NCBI GenBank assembly: GCA_963849325.1
Contig: CAWKHF010000003.1
Coordinates: forward strand, 96,001-160,000
DNA: 64,000 bases
Direction: 5' to 3'
Origin: an uncultured Planctomycetota bacterium
GTDB taxonomy: Bacteria > Planctomycetota > Planctomycetia > Gemmatales > Gemmataceae
This document shows positions 21,679 through 30,768 of the stretch, one piece after another. The notes under the pieces were generated by a model. The model was not told the DNA's origin and did no database searches. It saw nothing but the letters and a program-made list of their open reading frames with translations. Position numbers and translations under genes: made by a program. How positions within the stretch are numbered: position 1 is the stretch's first letter; every line of letters starts with the position of its first letter.

Positions 21679-24600
21679 ATGTATCAGGGGGCCGGCGATC
21701 CCCGCAGTGCCCAACGCTCGCTCGATAGTCCCGCCGGCTTCAGCCCGGAGGCCACGGCGCGCATCGTCCTCGCGCGCGTCCGCAAGTTGCTCGACGCTTT
21801 CGTGCTGGGAATGCCGGTCGAGTCCACGTCATCCGAGTCCCTCGCGGCTACGCTGAGCGATCCCGAGTTGGAGCGCGAACGTCTCTTCCTCCTCGGTTGG
21901 CTGCACTGGCTGAACGACGACCCGGCCGCCGCGGAGTCCTTGTTAGCCGAGGCGATGCGACGTGCTCGCGAGCCGAACGCGATCGAGACGCTGGCCGAGT
22001 CGGCGTACTGGTGTGCGCGCGTGCGTCTGTTGCTGGGACGAGCGGAGGCGCTGGCGGAGTTTGAGGGCGTGTTGCGCATGCTCGGCGGCTCGCCGCGGGC
22101 GACGGTATGGTTCGTCGATCTGCTCGGCCGCGCCGGCCGCGTCGATCGGGCGGAGCAGGTGTGGAAGTCGGTGCGCGGCAACCGGCGCGTGGCCGACTGT
22201 CCCGAGGCTCCCCTGCTCGAAGCGCGTTCGCTCCTGCGCCGCGGCGAGACGACGCCGGCCGAGCGACTGCTCCACGAGGCGGCTCCGGCCGCCGGCGTTG
22301 TGTGGGTCGAACGGCTCCTGTTGCTGGCCTGGATCGCCGCCAGTCAAAAACAGTTCGACCAGGCGCGCGGCCTGTTGCGGCAGGCGGAGAAGGGGCCGTA
22401 TCCATCGACGGCACTGCAAGCGTGGACGGCGAGGATCGAGCAGCGGGCCGGGGTTGAGCTATCCGCCGAGGAGGCCGCGCGGTACAGGCCGCCGTCGTTG
22501 CGGGAGTTCCTTAGCGGACAACAAGCGCGATTGGATGGACAATTGGAAGGGGCGATGGCGGCCTATCGTGCCGCGTTGGGCCATCCGGTCGCGCAGCCGT
22601 TCGCGCGCTACGCCCTGGCGTGCCTGGGGGAAGAGGACTTCGCCGCCTTGCTGGCAAGTCAACCGGGGTTGTTCCTCGCCGTGCGCTGCCGGGCGCGGTT
22701 GATGGGGGAGCGCTTTCGCCGCCGCGAGGTCAGCCCGGCGGAGTACCTCGACGCTCTCCAGAACGCCGCTGTCACCGGCTACCAGGATGCCGCCGCCGAA
22801 CACTTCCGCCGCCTCGCCACGGCCCTGCAACAGCGACAGCCCGACCCGACCTCCCTGCGCGAACTGGCCGCGCATCCGGCCACGGACGCCGTCGCTCGCA
22901 ACGCCTTCCGGGCCGCATTCGAGCTGACCGTGCGCCGATTGCCTGCCACGTCGGCCCGCGAACTGCTCCTCGAATGGTCGCAGCGCGAGGACGTGGACGA
23001 CGAGCTGCGCGGATTGGTGGGACGTCAGCTTCTGCGATTATTGTTGTTGACGGAGTCCGACGAGGAGGTTCGCGCGGCCGCCGAGCGCCTGCTGCCACCG
23101 GACGAACCGCTGCTGGTCCTGGCGAGCGGAAGGCGTCAGCCCCCGGTTGAAAATCAACAGGGGGCTGACGCCCCCCGCTCGCCGGCTGTGCGTCTATGGC
23201 AGGCCGCACAGGCCATCGCTCAGCAGATCCCAGGGCCGGAGCGCTGGCGCGATGAGGTAAGCCAACTGCGGTCGCACGCGCGCTGGAAGGGATTGGCCCA
23301 ATCGCTGCTTCTGCAAGACGCCGGGCAGCGCGGCGATGTCGCGGCCGTGTGGGCGCTGCTGGACGAGGCGGACGTCTGGCGCGGCTTGCGCGCGCCGCCG
23401 TCCTTTGTGCTGCGGACCCTGGAAAGTATCCTCGTCGCCCAGCCGGCCCATCCCGGTTGGCGGAACGGTCTGTCTCGCTGGCTGTCGTTATGGGACTTGG
23501 CCGCGCTCGGCCCGGCGGGGGCGAGGTTGGCGACGCACGCCGGTCGGACGACGGTGCGCGGCGACACGGTGGAACCGCCGCCGAGTGTCCCGGCAGTGCC
23601 CTGGCTCTTGCACCAGGCGGCGCGAGCGCTGGGCCGCGACGACGCCGTCGAAGCGCTCGTCTTCACGCGCCGCGCGCTCGCCCTCGATCCGGAACTCGCC
23701 ACCGTGCCCGTGGCGCGCGTGGTGCGCGAGGCCGTGCCGGAGCTGGAACATCGTGCCCGCGCCCAGCGCCTGGCCGCCGTCGCGTCCGCGGCGGACGAAA
23801 AGGACTCATCTCCCAGCAGCACGTTCGCTGGTGCCGTCGAGGCGCTGGCCGAGCTGCCCGAGGGAGCGGCGGTGCTCGACGCCCTGACGAACGGCGACCT
23901 CGACGCCGCTCGCGTCCGGCTCGATGCGCTGAGCGAACGGCCGCACTTGCCGCCGCGCCTGGCCCATCATCTCGCCCTGCTGATGCAGCGCGGCGCCGCC
24001 GGCCTGGAGGAACGCGAGGAGACCGACAGGGCCGAACCGTACTGGCGGCGGGCCTGGTTGTGCTGGCTGCGCTTTCTCACCACCGCCGAAGCCGACGCTC
24101 GGCGCATCGTTCTCGACGGACTTCTGCGACAACACCGTCATCGCGTCAACGACCTGTTGGCCCGCAATGCCGTCGATGCCGCTCGCCGCCATTGGGATCT
24201 CGTGCGTGAATCGCCGGTCCAGGCCGGCCCAATCGAGGACGGGCTGGGGCACGATCTGGCGGAGCGCGTCGAGCGGTTCCGCGAAGAACTGGCGACGGAG
24301 TATCTGTTGACCACGCGCGAGGCGATGCGCTTCGGGGTCATCCCGGAAGGATGTCGGGCCGACTACGAGAAGGGACTGGGCTACCTGCGCCGTCTGCTCA
24401 GCCTGGATCGCGACAACGTCCGCTTGCTGGCCGCTCTGGTCGAGATCTGCAACGACTGGTTTCTCGACCTATATCACCTGGGCGACGCGGCGGCGCTGCG
24501 GCGCAGGTTGAGCGCTTCACGCCGTTCGCCCTGCAGTTGGCGCGACGCATCGACGATCACCCCGGCGAGCTGTCGGCCCGCGCGGCCCTGTCGGATTTCT

Positions 24601-24728
24601 GGAAGTTTCGCGGCTTCCTCAGCCCCGACCGCGAGCACAAGATCGCTCTGTACCGCGAGGCGTTACGCTTCAACCCGGCCAACAACAACGTCCGCGACCT
24701 GCTGGCCAAACGAAGTGCTGAGTTCTGA
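21679..24728 (+). CDS. Large TPR-like helical protein (frameshift ~24500)
   Basis: ~1000-aa Ala/Leu/Arg-rich ORF with TPR-like units; ends LYREALRFNPANNNVRDLL. Confidence 0.7.
23121..23183. repeat. REP-doublet palindrome inside the TPR gene, in frame
   Basis: 63 bp ggcgagcggaaggcgtcagcccc...ggggctgacgccccccgctcgcc; homologous to intergenic copy at 25230-25295. Confidence 0.9.
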
Positions 24729-24761
24729 GTTCTGAGTTCTGAGTGAAGACAGAACTCAGAA
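24714..24761. repeat. Heptamer tandem-repeat element (AGTTCTG)n with short right arm
   Basis: agtgctgagttctgagttctgagttctgagtgaagacagaactcagaa. Confidence 0.85.
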
Positions 24762-24785
24762 TCCGCAAAGAGAGGACGTCACCGA

Positions 24786-25213
24786 TGCCCGCCAATCCGT
24801 TCGAGGTCCTGCGTCTGGACCCCTCCGCGACCGAGGAGGAGATCGTGCGCCAGGCCGGACGGCTCCGGCAGCGCGCCACCGACGAGACGGCGCGAAACGC
24901 CATCCGTCACGCCGTGCAGGCGCTAACCGCCCATCCCGAGGATCGGCTACGGTTGGCCCTGTGGACCCACCCGGCGCCGCGCCATCACTGGCCGGCGCTG
25001 GAAGGTCTGGTCGCCGCCTTCCAACGTCCGCCGATCGCCGACGCGGACCCCTGTCCGACCCTCGATGTGGAAGAGTTCAGAGACCTTCTTAAGTCTTTAT
25101 CCGCCGAGGAACTCGAGTTGCCCCCTCTGCCTTTCGAGCTGATCGGGGCCGACGAGGAGGGCGAGGAAATCCACCGGCAATCGGCGGAGGCGATGTGGCA
25201 GAGCTTGCTTTAG
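24786..25213 (+). CDS. J-domain-like protein lacking HPD
   Basis: MPANPFEVLRLDPSATEEEIVRQ resembles DnaJ helices I-II. Confidence 0.6.
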
Positions 25214-25229
25214 AGGCACTAACCAAATA

Positions 25230-25295
25230 GGCGAGCGGGGGGCGTAAGCCCCCTGTTGACGGCGAAAAACAGGGGGCTTACGCCCCCCGCTCGCC
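25230..25295. repeat. REP-doublet palindrome preceded by MITE-type terminal motif
   Basis: ggcgagcggggggcgtaagccccctgtt / aacagggggcttacgccccccgctcgcc; GAGGCACTAACCAAAT at 25213. Confidence 0.9.
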
Positions 25296-25969
25296 AAAAA
25301 GTTACAGCTTGCTTTCCGACTCCTGGGCGTGAGAAGGCAGTCGGCGCAAGAAAATCTACGTTGTGCGGATTTCTTTCTTGCTGAAGAATGAAAAAACGGT
25401 TAAGAAAGAGGTGTTGGCACGGGGTAAGGCTGAGACTCGCAAATCAGCCAATCCCCGTGCCACGTGTGGGAGGTGTGAATGTGCGGGAAGTCCTACTGAA
25501 AGGGCTGGGACTCGCTACCAACCCTTCTGTCTAAGAGAATTGCAACCATCGTGCCAATTCTCGGCCGTCATCCACACCTTCCCACCCTCTCTTCCTAAGT
25601 TCTCTGGAATTCGGCATTTCTGCCTGATAGCTTCGTGTTTCGCCTTGCTCGGTCTCCCTTGTTCCATTTTGCTCCAGCCCGTCAATGCGCTGTTTTGACA
25701 CATCCCGGTGCTTCATTTTGCGGAAAGTGTTTCATTTTCATCTTCTCCACGCCACCCGAACGCACGCCAGAGGACACGGACGGCACGAACGGATACTGTC
25801 AAAATGGATAGTGCTCCCTTGTACTTCCGGCTCCGCGTCGAGATTTGTGAAAGATCCCGCGAGGTAGACGCCTACTCGTGATAAAGCGCCTGGAACGGAA
25901 AAGCGCCTCTTTCCAGCCGAGCCTTCCGCGACCAGGCGGCTTGTGAACACGATCCTTGTCGGGAGTGGA

Positions 25970-26653
25970 ATGATGCCCTTGCGTCGTCCCGCGCTCAGCA
26001 TCGAACAGATCCTCATCTGGGCGGATGTCCACCGTAAACAGCGGGGCAAGTGGCCAACCTCGCGCAGCGGCGTGGTGCGCGGCGGCTGTGGAGAGAAGTG
26101 GTGGAACATCAACGAGGCCTTGATCCACGGCTGGCGCGGCCTGCCCGGCGGCGATACGCTGCCGCGTCTGCTGGCGCGTTACCGAGGCTGCCGCAACCCG
26201 CGCGGCCAGGCGCCGCTGGCGGCGGAACAGGTACTGGCCTGGGCGGACGCTTACCGTCAGCGAACCGGCCGCTGGCCCAGCGCGACCGGCCAGCCGATTC
26301 CGGAAGCGTCCGGGCTCACCTGGCGGGCCATCAATCTGGCCCTGACGCGGGGCCACCGCGGCCTGCCGGGCGGCACGTCGCTGGCCAAACTCCTGAGACA
26401 GCATCGAGGAGGATCATCTGGCAGGGGCCAGCCAACCCTGACGGTCGGGCAGGTGCTGGCCTGGGCCAAGGCCCACCGAGGACGCACGGGACGCTGGCCC
26501 TCGGCCGCTTCGGGAGCGATCTCCGAAGCGCCAACCAATACCTGGATGGCGGTCAACGCGGCGCTGTGTCATGGCAACCGCGGACTTCCGGGCGGCATGT
26601 CGCTCGCGCGCTTGCTGCGCGATCTGACCGGCCACCGAGGCCGGGCCGGGTGA
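25970..26653 (+). CDS. Protein of three tandem ~75-aa repeats, function unknown
   Basis: Three copies of L...Q(I/V)L.WA......G(K/R)WP......W..(I/V)N.AL..G.RGLPGG..L..LL; GGAG RBS. Confidence 0.8.
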   Translation: MMPLRRPALSIEQILIWADVHRKQRGKWPTSRSGVVRGGCGEKWWNINEALIHGWRGLPGGDTLPRLLARYRGCRNPRGQAPLAAEQVLAWADAYRQRTGRWPSATGQPIPEASGLTWRAINLALTRGHRGLPGGTSLAKLLRQHRGGSSGRGQPTLTVGQVLAWAKAHRGRTGRWPSAASGAISEAPTNTWMAVNAALCHGNRGLPGGMSLARLLRDLTGHRGRAG

Positions 26654-26712
26654 TCTCCGCACGCCGCAAGCGGCTTGCGGGACCGATTATGACAAAAAAA
26701 TCATTTTTTTGG

Positions 26713-26741
26713 TTGCATCGAGCCGGACTCTGTCGTACACT
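26713..26741 (+). promoter_or_regulatory. Putative sigma70-type promoter of the DUF1559 operon
   Basis: TTGCAT-17 nt-TACACT preceded by A/T tracts. Confidence 0.45.
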
Positions 26742-26822
26742 CACACTCGACTCGACTCGTTTCGTTAGTTCTCATCCCATTTCAGGCCGGAAGGCCGGAC
26801 ACACTCTGTGGCGAGGAATGTC

Positions 26823-27749
26823 ATGTTCCAACGTTTCCGCAACGCGCATCGTTCCGCGTTCACCCTGATCGAGTTGCTGGTGGTGATCGCCATCATTGCC
26901 ATCCTGATCGGGCTGCTGCTGCCGGCCGTGCAGAAAGTGCGCGAGGCTGCTTCCCGCAGCCGGTGCAGCAACAACATGAAGCAACTCAGCCTCGCCATCC
27001 AGAACCTCAACGACACCTATGGCGTCCTGCCGCCGCTGGATGCCCCCGATGCCGTCACGGCCATCCCCTCCGGGGCGTTCGCCGGCAAGAACTACACCCT
27101 CCAGGGCTTCATGCTCCCCTTCCTTGAGCAGGGCAATATTTACAATCAGATGAGCTTAGCCGGCTATGCGGGCGGACAGTACATGCGCGTGATCAAAACG
27201 TTCCTCTGTTCCTCGGACCCCAGCACGACCAACGGAATGTGCATGACCTCGAACGGCGGCGCCAACGGCTGGGCCGCCTGCAATTACGTGGCGAACGCTT
27301 ACGTGTTCGCCAACGTGCCGGCCGGCAATGGCGCGACCGGCGCGGCGCGCATCCCGGCCACGTTCATCGACGGCACCTCCAACACAATCGTTTTCACCGA
27401 GGCGTACGGCACCTGCGGCAAAAGCGGTGGCAATGTGAATGCCGGCAGTGAGTACGGAACCCTCTGGGCCGACTCCAACAGCGTATGGCGTCCCTCCTTC
27501 AACTTTACCTATGGAAGCACCAAGGGGACCATCTCCACCACGTATGCGCCCACCACGCGGTTGTTCCAGGTCCAGCCCAACTACTCCACCACCTGCGACA
27601 TCAACCTCCCGAACTCGCCGCACAACTCCGGCATCATGGCCGGCGTCGGCGACGGCAGCGTGCGTTTTATCAGCCAGAGCATCACGGTGACGACGTGGGC
27701 TCGGGCCTGCGACCCACGCGACGGCAATCCCCTGGCCAGCGATTGGTGA
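26823..27749 (+). CDS. DUF1559 prepilin-type protein
   Basis: AFTLIELLVVIAIIAILIGLLLPAVQKVREAA, DGTSNT, H-x9-DG (HNSGIMAGVGDGSVRF). Confidence 0.95.
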   Translation: MFQRFRNAHRSAFTLIELLVVIAIIAILIGLLLPAVQKVREAASRSRCSNNMKQLSLAIQNLNDTYGVLPPLDAPDAVTAIPSGAFAGKNYTLQGFMLPFLEQGNIYNQMSLAGYAGGQYMRVIKTFLCSSDPSTTNGMCMTSNGGANGWAACNYVANAYVFANVPAGNGATGAARIPATFIDGTSNTIVFTEAYGTCGKSGGNVNAGSEYGTLWADSNSVWRPSFNFTYGSTKGTISTTYAPTTRLFQVQPNYSTTCDINLPNSPHNSGIMAGVGDGSVRFISQSITVTTWARACDPRDGNPLASDW

Positions 27750-27838
27750 GTACGTCTGCTCCGGAGGGCGGCTCGCGGGCCGCCCTCTGTCCTTCCCGGA
27801 TCGGAATACCTCACCGATTCTTCCGCAGGTGCCAGACC

Positions 27839-28288
27839 ATGCTCCGAATCGATCCCTATGCCGCCAGGAGGATTGTGCTCGCGGTGGTCTTGCCGTCGGG
27901 CCTGCTCTTGGCCCTCGGTTGCCAGCGGCCAGGAGACCTGCCGTCCACTTACCCGGCCAGCGGCAAGGTCGCGTACACGGATGGTCAGCCCGTGCAGGGG
28001 GGGAGCATCGAGTTCACCCCTTCCGCGGCCGACGCCACGTTCGCGGTGACGGGCCAGATTGAAGACAACGGCAATTACACGCTGCACACCTTCAAGGGCA
28101 ACCAGAAGTTTTCCGGCGCCGCCGAGGGCCAGTATCAGGTGACCATCCTCCCGCCGCAAACGACCGACCATCAGACGGTGCGGCCCATCACCCTGCCCGG
28201 ACTCTTCACGATCACGGCGGGCGAGAACAAGTTCCCGACGTTCACCATCCCGCGGCCGCCGAAGCGGACTGGTACGTCGCCCCGTTAG
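27839..28288 (+). CDS. Lipoprotein with carboxypeptidase-regulatory-like domain
   Basis: Lipobox ALGC, YPASGKVAYTDGQPVQGGSIEF, GAAEGQYQVTI; usual DUF1559 partner. Confidence 0.8.
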   Translation: MLRIDPYAARRIVLAVVLPSGLLLALGCQRPGDLPSTYPASGKVAYTDGQPVQGGSIEFTPSAADATFAVTGQIEDNGNYTLHTFKGNQKFSGAAEGQYQVTILPPQTTDHQTVRPITLPGLFTITAGENKFPTFTIPRPPKRTGTSPR

Positions 28289-28303
28289 GGCGTTAGGAAC
28301 GAT

Positions 28304-28373
28304 TTCCCCACTAGCCCGGAGCGCCAGCGACGGGTGTTTCCGCCCGTCGCTGGCGCTCCGGGCTAGTGGGGAA
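28304..28373. repeat. REP-doublet palindrome between convergent genes
   Basis: ttccccactagcccggagcgccagcgacggg / cccgtcgctggcgctccgggctagtggggaa; same family as 8168. Confidence 0.9.
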
Positions 28374-28381
28374 CGAATTAC

Positions 28382-28996
28382 TTACTCCTTGATTTCGCGC
28401 AGACGCAGGTTGCGGAACTCCATCGGCGCGCCCTCGGCTTGAAGACCGATGTACCCCTTGGCCGGCGTCAGCCCGGTCGCCTCCCACGCCAGCTTGCCGT
28501 TGCACCAGAACGTCACCTTGTCTCCCTGGACGCGCACGCGCCATTCGTTCCACTCGCCGGCCGGCTTCTGCAATTCGGGCACCTTCTTCGCTCCCTTTGC
28601 CGAACTGGTGATCAAACCACCCTCGCCGCCCTTGGCGAGGTTGATCTGGTTGGCGTTGACCTTGCGGCCGCTGCGGATGAACAGACCGCTGTTGTAGCGC
28701 TCGCGGAGCGCCCGCCACTCCAGGCAAAGCTCGAAGTCGGCGTACTCGTGCTCGGTGGCCAGGTGGGGCGAACCGCCGCCGGACAGCGCGATGACGCCTT
28801 CTTTCACCTTCCAGTTCGGCGCCTCCGTGGCCCCGTCTTCCTTGCCGCCGCTGAAACGCCAGCCGGTGAAGTCCTTGCCGTTGAATAAAGGCTTAAAGCC
28901 CTCTTCCTTCTCCTTGTCGGCCGCCGAGACGATGGCCGACAACAGCAAGACGGCGAGACCGGTCAGGAGGGAACGAGACGTGCGCGATGGATTCAT
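28382..28996 (-). CDS. DUF1080 (3-keto-disaccharide hydrolase family) protein
   Basis: LFNGKDFTGW, NSGLFIR, GEWN, GYIGLQAEG, FRNLRLRE. Confidence 0.9.
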   Translation of the reverse strand: MNPSRTSRSLLTGLAVLLLSAIVSAADKEKEEGFKPLFNGKDFTGWRFSGGKEDGATEAPNWKVKEGVIALSGGGSPHLATEHEYADFELCLEWRALRERYNSGLFIRSGRKVNANQINLAKGGEGGLITSSAKGAKKVPELQKPAGEWNEWRVRVQGDKVTFWCNGKLAWEATGLTPAKGYIGLQAEGAPMEFRNLRLREIKE

Positions 28997-29020
28997 GGCG
29001 TGGCATCCTTGGCAAAGGGA

Positions 29021-30379
29021 TCAGGAGCGGATCAATTCGCGGATGGGCGCGCCGGTTTCGACCAGCGGGATGGGGCGGCCCTGGGCGTCGGCGAAGAGGA
29101 CGCGGCGAGCGTCGATACCGAGATGGTGAAAGACGGTGGCGGCCACGTCCTGCGGGCTGATCGGCCGATCGGCGACGTACTCGCCGCGCGGCGTGCTGCG
29201 GCCGACGACCTGGCCCATGTTCATGCCGCCGCAGCCCATGAGGACGCTGAAGGTGTTGCCCCAATGATCGCGGCCGCCCTCGGCGTTCATGCGCGGCGTC
29301 CGACCGAACTCGCCCATCGCCACCACCAGCGTCTTCTCATACAGGCCGCGCTGAATCAGATCCTCGACCAGCGCGGCGAGGGCGCGATCCAGCGGCGGGA
29401 TAAGCCGTTTCGCTCCTTCGGCCGTGGGTAAGCGGCCGGCGGTGCCGTGGTGGTCCCAGGGAACGCAGTTGACGGTGACAAAAGTGACACCGGCCTCGAC
29501 CAGCCGTCGGGCCAGCAGGGCGCTCTGGCCGAAGGTGTGCCGGCCGTAGCACTCGCGCACCGCGTCCGGCTCGGCGCCGACGTCGAAGGCGCCGGCCACC
29601 TGCTTGCTCGTCAGCAGGTGGAAAGCCCGCTGGTAATGGGCGTCCCGATCCGCCGTTTGACGCTCGCCCGCCAGGCGGAAGTGGTCCATCGTTTCGAGCA
29701 TGTGCCGGCGGTCTTCCAGGCGGCGAAAGGACAGTTCGGGGGCCAGTGACAAGCCCTTGACACGGAAATCCGCCGCGTTGGGGTCGGACTCAACAATGAA
29801 GGGGTTGGCGCCGCCGCCGAGGTAGGCGGCATAGTGGAAGAAGTTATCGGTGCCGCCGCGCAGGTGCGGAACGGCGACGTAAGGAGGCAGACCGGGCCGA
29901 TTCGAGCCGCGTAGACGGGCTGTCGCCGAGCCGAGCGACGGCCGGCGCTGCACCTTGAAGTCGGGGACGTTGAAGGCTGGTCCCTCGAAGCCGGTGAGCA
30001 TCCAGTGGTTGGACTTGGTGTGATCGCCGGAGCCGTGGTTGACGCTGCGCAGGACCGCGAGCCGATCCGCCACCTTCGCCGTCCGCGGCAGCAGCTCGCC
30101 GAACTGGGCGCCCGGCAGGCGCGTGCGGATGGCGCCGAACGGCCCGCGGAATTGCGCGACCGCCTCGGGCTTGGGATCCCACGTCTCCATGTGGCCCGGC
30201 CCGCCGCTGAGCCAGAACAGGATGACGCTGGTGTCGCGCCTCGCCGTCGAGCCGGCAGCGCGCAAGCGGCCGAGGTCGGCCAGCGAGAAACCACCCAGTC
30301 CCAGGACGCCGGCCTGGAGGAAGTTGCGGCGCGTCACACCCGAACAATCGGCCGCCGCGCTGCCCACGATCTTCAACAT
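29021..30379 (-). CDS. DUF1501 protein
   Basis: TRRNFLQAG, GGPGHMETWDPKP, LLARRLVEAGV, GEFGRTP, GRDHW. Confidence 0.95.
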   Translation of the reverse strand: MLKIVGSAAADCSGVTRRNFLQAGVLGLGGFSLADLGRLRAAGSTARRDTSVILFWLSGGPGHMETWDPKPEAVAQFRGPFGAIRTRLPGAQFGELLPRTAKVADRLAVLRSVNHGSGDHTKSNHWMLTGFEGPAFNVPDFKVQRRPSLGSATARLRGSNRPGLPPYVAVPHLRGGTDNFFHYAAYLGGGANPFIVESDPNAADFRVKGLSLAPELSFRRLEDRRHMLETMDHFRLAGERQTADRDAHYQRAFHLLTSKQVAGAFDVGAEPDAVRECYGRHTFGQSALLARRLVEAGVTFVTVNCVPWDHHGTAGRLPTAEGAKRLIPPLDRALAALVEDLIQRGLYEKTLVVAMGEFGRTPRMNAEGGRDHWGNTFSVLMGCGGMNMGQVVGRSTPRGEYVADRPISPQDVAATVFHHLGIDARRVLFADAQGRPIPLVETGAPIRELIRS

Positions 30380-30522
30380 CGGATGACCCTGCGGGGAAAC
30401 GGGATTCGGTGGGAGTTTCGACCGACTCAAGCGTACACCGTTTGCCGGCCGTTGTCACGTCCGAAGACCCTCGGTATCGAGGGTCGAGATGCGTGGGCCG
30501 ATTCTGGGAGTCCTCTGTCTTT

Positions 30523-30622
30523 CTCCCCTCTCCCCCGCTTCGGGGGAGAGGGGTTGGGGGTGAGGGGGTGGCTCCTCCCCCTCACCCCCTACCCCTCTCC
30601 CCCGCTTCGGGGGAGAGGGGAG
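30523..30622. repeat. CCCCTCACCCC-type REP doublet
   Basis: Two inverted arms, each containing cccctctccccc-gcttc-gggggagagggg. Confidence 0.9.
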
Positions 30623-30768
30623 GAGATCCGTCTAAGTTCTAGAAACCACTCGCGCACCCGAGCGGGCCGATCTTCCCTGGAAAAACGCGGCCGGCATCCT
30701 ACAACGAGGGAAAGGTTTTTTGGCGCAACCGAGCGGGTAAACCGCCCGGCACGGCGACGGGATCGGAC

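Noticed and set aside
25300-25940. ORFs, ncRNA or a sigma54 promoter in the long lower-GC intergenic region
   Set aside because: No recognisable protein or RNA motif; TGGCAC near 25415 lacks the -12 TTGC
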